This document shows, piece by piece, positions 61,801 to 64,000 of a stretch of 64,000 bases of DNA. The DNA lies in the NCBI RefSeq assembly GCF_003918875.1, contig NW_025766974.1, positions 496,001-560,000 of the forward strand, read 5' to 3'. Both the position numbers and the translations under genes were made by a program. Source of the DNA: Haliotis rubra. Lineage: Eukaryota. The first letter of the stretch is position 1, and every line of letters starts with the position of its first letter. The notes beneath the pieces were generated by a model. That model did no database searches. It saw nothing but the letters and a program-made list of their open reading frames with translations, and was not told the origin of the DNA.

Positions 61801-62755
61801 TAAGTATGACTTACATAGTGTTGCTGGGCTGGTTCTTGTGGGCGTTTATGCCTGTCGTAGGTAAGTATGACTTACATAGTGTTGGCTTGGCTGGTTCTTG
61901 TGGGCGTTTATGCCTGTCGTAGGTAAGTATGACTTAGATAGTGTTGCTGGGCTGGTTTGTAAAATTCATCAATAAATGTAACAGGTCCTGGCTGGTAGAC
62001 CTGTGAAACTCACTCACTCACCTGACTGGTAATATGACGGTCCTGTAAAGTATTAAAATGGTGTAGTGTACTGTACGTTCAGATAATTACTTCAGAGTCT
62101 GGAATGAATGAGTGACAGACACAGATAACTACTCTGATTCGCTGTAGGCATGCTTTCAGTGTTTTTGTGCATCTCTCCGGATGTTTCCATGTCCATTCTC
62201 TACATTTGTGCATACTGGACACACATTTGTGTGTGGCGGAAAGCCCATTTTAATTGTTTTTAATCTTGTGAGAGCAGTGTTAAAACACAAAAACAATTAT
62301 TTTAGTGACTTGGAATTTTGCATTAAGTGTTTGCTTAACACTAGGACATCAATGAAATGAGTAATCAATTTTTCATTAGCATGCACTGAGAGACAAAGGA
62401 AAGTTTACCCTCCCTTTAAGTATTGGGTACTGATGAAATGCTTTACAGAGACAAACATGTCACTATAAGGTCTCTGCCCTTTGGTTACAATGTTCAGTGT
62501 GTGACACAGATCAATTTCTGTTACAGAAGACCCCTAGCATCGGAGTCTAATGAACGACTGGATGAAGATAATGCGAGTATGACCCCGTCTACCTTTGTCG
62601 CCACCCGTGCTCACACTGCCAGCTATGGCCCCTACATGGTAGCATTCGCTCCCCCAGATCAGGGTGGGGCATATGACCCCTCCTTCTACCGCAAGCAGAG
62701 TGATGTGGACAGGGGCTATATTCATTACGAGAATGCCAGTATTAAACTTGCATAG
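1597..62755 (+). CDS. Multi-exon gene (5' end outside window) for a giant type-I membrane protein, Uninflatable/SVEP1-like (sushi, Ephrin_rec_like, PAN, EGF, LamG/pentraxin, HYR, TM)
   Basis: About 45 exons chained by eye with GT-AG sites and matching phases. Cys patterns of EGF and GCC2/GCC3 repeats; LamG start DYDMCF...YSITMWVKY...GTFFSLY resembles the Uninflatable LamG start; HYR, sushi and TM segments; stop TAG at 62753-62755. Confidence 0.9.
2238..2475 (+). CDS. Exon: linker (LTYDIALE...SGETIC)
   Basis: ttgcag|, |gtaagt, phase 0-1. Confidence 0.8.
2750..2890. mobile_element. Foldback element, about 60-bp imperfect inverted arms
   Basis: atattatatagtgcccatatcatactatgtttacgacac... versus ...gtgttgtaaacatagtatgacatgggcagtcatataatat. 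Confidence 0.65.
3108..3335 (+). mobile_element. SINE-like interspersed repeat family B (other copies about 10097-10225, 12415-12660; reverse about 10915-11115, 38455-39120, 58300-58505)
   Basis: Shared gatctgggttagaatt...gtagatcgatgctc...atcactggattgtctggtccagactc...ggaatattgctgag core with (AAAC)n-type tail. Confidence 0.7.
4060..4218 (+). CDS. Exon: Ephrin_rec_like (GCC2/GCC3) repeat
   Basis: VCPPGTSYNSTGHCQLCQPGSYQ...DCI; ctgcag|, |gtaagt; 159 nt, phase 1-1. Confidence 0.9.
4720..5835. repeat. 43-bp AT-rich minisatellite, about 26 copies
   Basis: Unit aagcttattacagctacaaaatgtgaaagtaatttatcttaac. Confidence 0.95.
5978..6590 (+). repeat. 101-bp repeat of acceptor plus exon 5' half (6 copies; the last is the real exon)
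   Basis: Unit ...aatcctatacattacag|gtgtatgtcctgggg...; copies start at 6015, 6116, 6217, 6318, 6419, 6520. Confidence 0.95.
6520..6675 (+). CDS. Exon: Ephrin_rec_like repeat
   Basis: VCPGELVSNTGLPPCRECPPNTYKNSSTHCTSCAED...DCK; 156 nt, phase 1-1, |gtgagt. Confidence 0.85.
7572..8433. repeat. 105-bp minisatellite, about 8 copies, with degenerate flanking copies
   Basis: Unit gtgtgtgatgttataatactgtggtgttgggtctggttgtc...gggaccaggca. Confidence 0.95.
8554..8811 (+). CDS. Exon: PAN/apple domain
   Basis: SACTF...TECENSC...CVGFNF...MCFLY...YDFYERVC; ctacag|, |gtaggt; 258 nt, phase 1-1. Confidence 0.8.
9070..10090. repeat. 59-bp pyrimidine-rich minisatellite, about 17 copies
   Basis: Unit ttccctccatccctccttcaatcacccacaaacccactcacttgatgactcttgcctag. 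Confidence 0.95.
10493..10666 (+). CDS. Exon: Ephrin_rec_like repeat (alternative in-frame start at 10508 possible)
   Basis: KCDQGTFSYSGHKPNCRPCPVGYF...CQECP...SCVP; |gtgagt. Confidence 0.85.
10818..10907 (+). CDS. Exon: EGF
   Basis: ADVLCNPGPCTNSGSC...CNCSA; tttcag|, |gtagga; acceptor duplicated 48 bp upstream. Confidence 0.85.
11329..11442 (+). CDS. Exon: EGF
   Basis: FTGRYCE..DTCASGPCYNGGSC...FNCSCAV; 114 nt, phase 1-1. Confidence 0.9.
11755..12140 (+). repeat. 46-bp repeat of acceptor plus exon start (about 8 copies)
   Basis: Unit gagacttgtataacttatgtttgcag|gttttgaaggatcccagtgt. Confidence 0.95.
12115..12244 (+). CDS. Exon: calcium-binding EGF
   Basis: GFEGSQCETNVDDCLPQTCGEAGVCIDGVNSTMCQCLEGYSGT; |gtcagt, phase 2 end. 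Confidence 0.85.
13032..13168 (+). CDS. Exon: EGF
   Basis: CLTVDVKACERNPCQNGGTC...CMCLPTFTGDSC; phase 2-1. Confidence 0.9.
13585..13756. mobile_element. Long hairpin (about 80-bp arms, 10-nt loop); MITE or Penelope-like terminal remnant
   Basis: tacaatattgaac...cttgtaccatt / aatggtacaag...gttcaatattgta; partial second copy near 59504-59590. Confidence 0.65.
13939..14163 (+). CDS. Exon: two EGF modules
   Basis: FCDSSPCLNGGTC...FTCDCRSGFTGDMCE...CLCGTGY; 225 nt, phase 1-1. Confidence 0.9.
14461..14784. repeat. 36-bp minisatellite, about 9 copies
   Basis: Unit atcaatctgatactgcagaatacagtgactttcttt. Confidence 0.9.
14787..15113. mobile_element. Tc1/mariner-pogo-type MITE
   Basis: Termini TACCGTATTTCCT...AGGAAATACGGTA with internal GCGCTTATTAGAGG subrepeats. 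Confidence 0.75.
15176..15274 (+). CDS. Exon: EGF (3' donor unclear)
   Basis: GCTAIDYCQNGLCMNGGTCVNTEGGYTCNCPH; atacag| acceptor; expected phase-1 donor not found. Confidence 0.75.
15658..15824 (+). mobile_element. tRNA-derived SINE family A with target-site duplication
   Basis: A box TAGCCTAGTGG, B box GGTTCGATTCC, (AGTC)n tail, TSD TGGTTTCTTAT on both sides. Confidence 0.9.
16433..16587 (+). CDS. Exon: calcium-binding EGF (5' boundary uncertain, 16433 or about 16471)
   Basis: NINECVLCDPTGVNSCIDEINSYTCLCKPGYTDANCS; |gtaaga, phase 0. Confidence 0.7.
16950..17146 (+). CDS. Exon: calcium-binding EGF plus EGF
   Basis: TNIDECISAPCQQAGMCVDGIDDYSCICPNGWTGKDC...IYC; phase 0-2. Confidence 0.9.
18633..18760 (+). 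CDS. Exon: EGF
   Basis: CSDFTHGDRCENVLDLCEDANPCLDRALC...CQCPP; phase 2-1. Confidence 0.9.
19343..19463 (+). CDS. Exon: EGF (apparent +1 G in homopolymer at about 19408-19413)
   Basis: TSGTSCNE...CDASLCQNGG then, one base shifted, TCSRTDAGAISCSCVQ; 121 nt instead of 120. Confidence 0.8.
19817..19957 (+). CDS. Exon: calcium-binding EGF
   Basis: GYTGSLCETNEDDCATSPCVSPATCLDGVNKYFCRCPVGKQPPTCNT; |gtaaga. Confidence 0.9.
19867..22052 (+). repeat. 110-bp repeat of EGF exon 3' half plus donor (19 full donors and a partial copy)
   Basis: ACAG|GTAAGA every 110 bp from 19957 to 21937. Confidence 0.95.
22413..22587 (+). CDS. Exon: LamG/pentraxin part 1
   Basis: DADVDYDMCF...GYSITMWVKYSNVDGLGTFFSLYED; ctccag|, |gtaagt. 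Confidence 0.85.
22907..24131. mobile_element. Non-autonomous DNA element with 26-bp perfect TIRs and TA flanks (Tc1/mariner type) containing a LINE 3' fragment
   Basis: TACTCATGCCAATAATGGTTGTCACC at 22907 and its reverse complement ending at 24131, TA on both sides. Confidence 0.75.
23230..23765 (+). pseudogene. Degenerate 3' end of a CR1-like LINE ORF2
   Basis: Broken frames read RLRYMTSALNYDLFR, CQCGHGCENVFHYVLE.PLY..QR, LHGN, NVFKYVHIYI..TKRF. Confidence 0.6.
24188..27965 (+). mobile_element. 5'-truncated, frameshifted non-LTR retrotransposon (RT plus C-terminal CCHC; RTE-X/CR1-group-like)
   Basis: QAGF, AFIDFSK, GVHQGENLSPLMFCLFINDL, LLYADD, YLG, NHNLPVEVGRW...NLC..DEFHYLFKC; ends aataagagagtttgagttttga. 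Confidence 0.9.
25547..27598 (+). repeat. 63-bp minisatellite inside the LINE ORF2 (NHNLPVEVGRWHGIDRENRTC), about 32 copies
   Basis: Unit acagaacctgtaaccacaacctacctgttgaagttggccgttggcatggcattgatcgtgaaa. Confidence 0.95.
28149..28391 (+). CDS. Exon: LamG/pentraxin part 2
   Basis: SVNDGIWHMVIVTWDNTRGELSLIMD; phase 2-2. Confidence 0.9.
28969..29255 (+). CDS. Exon: LamG/pentraxin part 3
   Basis: LWISMGA...PFHGCVSQVSLYSRHLD...VMRW; phase 2-1. Confidence 0.85.
29545..29676 (+). CDS. Exon: HYR part 1
   Basis: DSSPVKVVFCPENQFV...VYWEDPRFS...SNYRP; ctatag|, |gtagtt. Confidence 0.85.
29737..30440. repeat. 25-bp minisatellite with mostly alternating A/B variants (50-bp higher-order unit)
   Basis: atgcatcacctcaatacaattatta / atgcatcacctctatacaagtactg. 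Confidence 0.9.
30600..30695 (+). CDS. Exon: HYR part 2
   Basis: GVALSTGSHMVVCEARDAAGNVALCSFMVYVN; |gtgagt. Confidence 0.85.
30689..31683 (+). repeat. 92-bp repeat carrying the HYR donor (GTCAACA|GTGAGT), about 11 copies
   Basis: Unit gtcaacagtgagtataagctagagtatgttacatc...gtaaaggactt. Confidence 0.9.
32155..32320 (+). mobile_element. tRNA-derived SINE family A
   Basis: Homologous to the 15658 copy; (ACTC)n tail. Confidence 0.85.
32542..32754 (+). CDS. Exon: sushi/CCP-like domain
   Basis: ESCPVQAIP...ACTPSCP...PNYYTCGPGGSW...YPPCG; 213 nt, phase 1-1. Confidence 0.85.
32769..33250. repeat. 70-bp minisatellite, about 7 copies, starting about 15 bp after a donor
   Basis: Unit tggatctaaccacagacaggtgtatgtagcctttaatagtgaatctaacccctactgggggtgttcttcc. 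Confidence 0.9.
33933..34164 (+). CDS. Exon: post-sushi linker
   Basis: ELTGPAQQVLTMNLQY...WNAFCEDSGC...VTFPNV; phase 1-2. Confidence 0.85.
34816..34903 (+). CDS. Exon: linker
   Basis: AVLNTSAESRTPTEILTRAVLDKHMFNYN; cttcag|, |gtaagt; phase 2-0. Confidence 0.8.
34980..35740. repeat. 69-bp minisatellite containing GTAAGTGTTG like the upstream donor, about 11 copies
   Basis: Unit acagagtgcttccatctaaacttgtctgtaagtgttgacccaacagaagacaacacttgttccctaaca. Confidence 0.9.
36630..37491 (+). repeat. 70-bp repeat of acceptor plus diverged exon start, about 12 copies
   Basis: gatgttgtttctctctgcttgtag|atctccctgcca...ccagtgccttcagtgttg versus real gtttatag|gtcttactacca...ccagtacctttagtgttg. Confidence 0.85.
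37492..37588 (+). CDS. Exon: linker end
   Basis: VLLPGAMPEASTFSVDVALLCALGEVEVEGDC; phase 0-1, |gtgagt. Confidence 0.8.
38138..38299 (+). CDS. Exon: Ephrin_rec_like 1 of 16
   Basis: TCGPGTY...CLNCPMGQYQPQFGQVTCESC...DCI; 162 nt. Confidence 0.9.
38501..38927. mobile_element. Mutator-like MITE with about 75-bp TIRs and 9-bp TSD
   Basis: GCTGAAGGGGTCGTTGTC... / ...GACAACGACCCCTTCAGC; TSD CTCAGTAAC at 38492-38500 and 38928-38936. Confidence 0.85.
40781..40942 (+). CDS. Exon: Ephrin_rec_like 2 of 16
   Basis: NCTIGQYYN...CEPCPIGTYQ...ECV; 162 nt. Confidence 0.9.
41133..42582 (+). repeat. 70-bp minisatellite ending at an acceptor; units contain CTCTCCTATGGCAG|GTGA, about 20 copies
   Basis: Unit gaggactgttggtggctgtcaaggtctgtgtattgtggtgactgttcagctctcctatggcaggtgattg. 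Confidence 0.9.
42583..42750 (+). CDS. Exon: Ephrin_rec_like 3 of 16
   Basis: GCESGEQ...CVECPVGTYRE...CLNCDPGFIT...CTI; 168 nt. Confidence 0.9.
   Translation, partial: TDVSRGSSCRWQLVGYVLSALWEPTGRTQSTRCVSTVTQGSLHPPQHPTHLPSVL
43260..43421 (+). CDS. Exon: Ephrin_rec_like 4 of 16
   Basis: ACPVGEFRN...CQPCPQNTYQDQKWQDNC...DCK; 162 nt. Confidence 0.9.
43690..45145 (+). repeat. 46-bp minisatellite running from a SINE tail to the next acceptor, about 30 copies
   Basis: Unit attaaacaatacaccaaccaaccaacatggtgtgatgagtgttggt. Confidence 0.9.
45151..45318 (+). CDS. Exon: Ephrin_rec_like 5 of 16
   Basis: FCESGFE...CRECPIGTYKD...CLPCSGNFIT...CSV; 168 nt. Confidence 0.9.
46181..48088. repeat. 78-bp minisatellite interrupted by a 0.9-kb insertion (47062-47973)
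   Basis: Unit agtgcataccacagtttaacacggatacacaactcagacactgtgtgttgactcccagccatgggatgcaggttatat; resumes at about 47976. Confidence 0.9.
47062..47973. mobile_element. Unclassified insertion: 13-bp-IR-bounded segment plus abutting 176-bp hairpin
   Basis: TTTCTAAGATGCC (47062) / GGCATCTTAGAAA (to 47797); hairpin 47798-47973. Confidence 0.7.
48280..48443 (+). CDS. Exon: Ephrin_rec_like 6 of 16 (apparent -1 base at G run 48343-48346)
   Basis: NCPPGLFQ...CDLCPRG then, shifted, SYQPQAAQQDCLPC...DCT; 164 nt instead of 165. Confidence 0.8.
49003..49165 (+). mobile_element. tRNA-derived SINE family A with TSD
   Basis: A/B boxes; TSD TCAAAACTTAAA on both sides. Confidence 0.9.
49256..49420 (+). CDS. 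Exon: Ephrin_rec_like 7 of 16
   Basis: FCPSGQE...CRPCDQGFYKN...CVQCPEGYIT...CTV; 165 nt. Confidence 0.9.
   Translation, partial: CSAHLARRLWVASVGPVTKASTRTTPRACCPCVCSVQKDTSLLVLEQSLLGNAL
49612..49776 (+). CDS. Exon: Ephrin_rec_like 8 of 16
   Basis: NCSAGTRF...CEMCPEGEYQPQPYQNSC...QCL; |gtacgt; 165 nt. Confidence 0.9.
49749..51810 (+). repeat. 66/56-bp repeat of exon end plus donor (GTGTCTCA|GTATGT), about 30 copies degrading at the ends
   Basis: Unit ggatctacatcagacacacagtgtctcagtatgtagtactactctgtctcctgaactattaacact. Confidence 0.9.
51819..51944. mobile_element. Tc1/mariner-type MITE
   Basis: TA-TACTCAACA...AAGTTAAGGACC / GGTCCTTAACTT...TGTTGAGTA-TA. Confidence 0.75.
52073..52240 (+). CDS. 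Exon: Ephrin_rec_like 9 of 16
   Basis: FCPSGQE...CSLCSLGTYKD...CQTCPAEFTT...CSL; 168 nt. Confidence 0.9.
52437..52598 (+). CDS. Exon: Ephrin_rec_like 10 of 16
   Basis: NCSAGFY...CMECRVGEYQPLPAQVECLQC...ECR; 162 nt. Confidence 0.9.
52901..53494. mobile_element. Tc1-like MITE shell containing a foldback element (hairpin 52970-53133, short IRs at 53136 and 53434)
   Basis: TA-TACTGAACAAA..AGGGATAT / ATATCCCT..TTTGTCCAGTA-TA; inner gataaacatcat..gttggccaattt / aaattggccaac..atgatgtttatc. Confidence 0.6.
53619..53777 (+). CDS. Exon: Ephrin_rec_like 11 of 16
   Basis: SCSEGLE...CVPCLIGFYKN...CEACPPGFRT...CNV; 159 nt. Confidence 0.9.
55023..55184 (+). CDS. Exon: Ephrin_rec_like 12 of 16
   Basis: GCEPGSY...CTLCVEGSYQPQKWQDSCLPC...QCV; 162 nt. 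Confidence 0.9.
55440..55641. mobile_element. hAT-like MITE
   Basis: CAGGGGTGGAAGTAAC / GTTATTTCCACCCCTG termini; no clear TSD. Confidence 0.5.
55994..56161 (+). CDS. Exon: Ephrin_rec_like 13 of 16
   Basis: DCVSGKAY...CEDCPRGYYRN...CQLCPPDYIT...CSM; 168 nt. Confidence 0.9.
56268..56828 (+). repeat. 58-bp repeat of acceptor plus exon start, about 10 copies
   Basis: ctctgtgacag|ccaactacaccacc versus real ctctgtgacag|ctaactgcaccacc. Confidence 0.9.
56813..56977 (+). CDS. Exon: Ephrin_rec_like 14 of 16
   Basis: NCTTPGQY...CADCPAGTYQDQKWQVACKTC...QCY; 165 nt. Confidence 0.9.
57514..57678 (+). CDS. Exon: Ephrin_rec_like 15 of 16
   Basis: DCPSGWQ...CQVCAKGQYR...CQFCDISFTT...CNI; 165 nt. Confidence 0.9.
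57961..58087. mobile_element. Short Harbinger-like MITE
   Basis: GGCGGATACAG / CTGAATCCGCC termini, GC-rich body. Confidence 0.55.
58129..58290 (+). CDS. Exon: Ephrin_rec_like 16 of 16
   Basis: LCSAGTSHNADLKTCVPCAKGSYQSMINQQSCVPCPNQQTT...DCL; 162 nt. Confidence 0.9.
59150..59224 (+). pseudogene. Degenerate tRNA-Arg(TCG)-like sequence (pseudogene or SINE head)
   Basis: TGGACAAGGCACCCGACTTCGGATCAGAAGG...GGTTTGAATCCC resembles tRNA-Arg TCG D, anticodon and T arms; stems mispaired. Confidence 0.5.
59326..59442 (+). CDS. Exon: membrane-proximal EGF
   Basis: LCILNEHNCTAPTECHDVPEGFTCRCSRGYSGVPGNCT; 117 nt, phase 1-1. Confidence 0.9.
59699..60037 (+). repeat. 42-bp minisatellite with acceptor-like CCCCTGTAG|ATGTGTGT
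   Basis: Unit tccttgatgtgtgtatcccctgtagatgtgtgtagacagtta. Confidence 0.9.
60038..60557 (+). repeat. 129-bp higher-order repeat (4 copies) of about 32-bp subunits with donor-like GAAATCAGACTAG|GTGAGT
   Basis: Copies start at about 60038, 60167, 60296, 60425. Confidence 0.9.
60953..61058 (+). CDS. Exon: transmembrane helix (acceptor atypical; alternative start 60929)
   Basis: PTSDNKDVIIGAVIGACMLLLCAGLVLVGVYACRR; |gtaagt, phase 2. Confidence 0.8.
61021..61957 (+). repeat. 61-bp repeat of TM exon 3' end plus donor, about 15 copies, partly garbled
   Basis: Unit gctgggctggttcttgtgggtgtttatgcctgtcgtag|gtaagtatgacttacatagtgtt. Confidence 0.9.
62527..62755 (+). CDS. Terminal coding exon: cytoplasmic tail
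   Basis: ttacag|A AGA CCC... phase 2 matches TM exon; RPLASESNERLDED...YDPSFY...YIHYENASIKLA then TAG. Confidence 0.8.
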
Positions 62756-63140
62756 GCAGACTGTGTTTCTCCAGACTTTGCAGTTTCATGACTGACTTTG
62801 TGGAACAATGCAAGACTTTAGTTGACTGTGCCATCATCAGACATGACGAGGCCGCCATGAGGCTGAGAGACTGTGTAAGATCACCTAGATTATACTAGTG
62901 TCTTACCTGCTGCACCAAAGCATCACTGTGATTGTTCTATATAGACCTTCATACATACAGTGACAGCCAGAAAACAACATAATCGCTGTCACAAATCCAT
63001 CATGTCTGTTCTATACGAGCTCAGTTTGGAATGTACGCCATGTTCTTGAGTCTTTGAGTCAGTATGCCTTAAACATTGTGTGATGTAACAGAATATATGA
63101 CCAAGAGATGATGTAGTAAGGTGTTACCATGAGAAACTGT

Positions 63141-64000
63141 ATAGTGGGATATGATATTGATGGGTCAAATAGTGGGATATGATATTGATGGGTCAAATAG
63201 TGGGATATGATATTGATGGGTCAAATAGTGGGATATGATATTGATGGGTCAAATAGTGGGATATGATATTGATGGGTCAAATAGTGGGATATGATATTGA
63301 TGGGTCAAATAGTGGGATATGATATTGATGGGTCAAATAGTGGGATATGATATTGATGGGTCAAATAGTGGGATATGATATTGATGGGTCAAATAGTGGG
63401 ATATGATATTGATGGGTCAAATAGTGGGATATGATATTGATGGGTCAAATAGTGGGATATGATATTGATGGGTCAAATAGTGGGATATGATATTGATGGG
63501 TCAAATAGTGGGATATGATATTGATGGGTCAAATAGTGGGATATGATATTGATGGGTCAAATAGTGGGATATGATATTGATGGGTCAAATAGTGGGATAT
63601 GATATTGATGGGTCAAATAGTGGGATATGGATGGGTCAAATATGGGATATGATATTGATGGGTCAAATAGTGGGATATGATATTGATGGGTCAAATAGTG
63701 GGATATGATATTGATGGGTCAAATAGTGGGATATGATATTGATGGGTCAAATAGTGGGATATGATATTGATGGGTCAAATAGTGGGATATGATATTGATG
63801 GGTCAAATAGTGGGATATGGGATATGATATTGATAGGTCAAATAGTGGGATATGATATTGATGGGTCAAATAGTGGGATATGATATTGATGGGTCAAATA
63901 GTGGGATATGATATTGATGGGTCAAATAGTGGGATATGATATTGATGGGTCAAATAGTGGGATATGATATTGATGGGTCAAATAGTGGGATATGATATTG
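63141..64000. repeat. 28-bp minisatellite downstream of the stop, about 30 copies, runs off the window
   Basis: Unit atagtgggatatgatattgatgggtcaa. Confidence 0.95.

Noticed and set aside
4720-64000. CRISPR-like regular arrays
   Set aside because: Head-to-tail repeats without unique spacers, no cas genes, and a spliceosomal eukaryotic context.

Overview
Animal genomic DNA, probably a gastropod mollusc such as abalone (inferred from the tRNA-derived SINEs with (ACTC)n tails and the repeat landscape). Almost the whole window is the 3' part of one + strand gene with about 45 recognisable coding exons (1597..62755, roughly 2,400-2,500 aa visible; the 5' end lies upstream). It encodes a giant single-pass membrane protein resembling Uninflatable and SVEP1. 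Domain order: [sushi end]-linker-2x Ephrin_rec_like (GCC2/GCC3)-PAN/apple-Ephrin_rec_like-about 13 EGF-LamG/pentraxin-HYR-sushi-linker-16x Ephrin_rec_like-EGF-TM-Tyr-rich tail. Introns contain tRNA-SINEs, MITEs, foldback elements, two LINE fragments and about 24 minisatellites. The most striking pattern is that about 15 minisatellites are anchored on this gene's own splice junctions. Most copy a splice site plus the adjacent exon end, and they expand only into the intron, giving arrays of decoy donors or acceptors. Every decoy traced leads to a premature stop. One 110-bp array instead forms about 18 potential in-frame 75-nt cassette exons. The long antisense ORFs in the ORF track are repeat artefacts. 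Homopolymer frameshifts and garbled repeats suggest assembly errors, so single-base observations need read-level confirmation.
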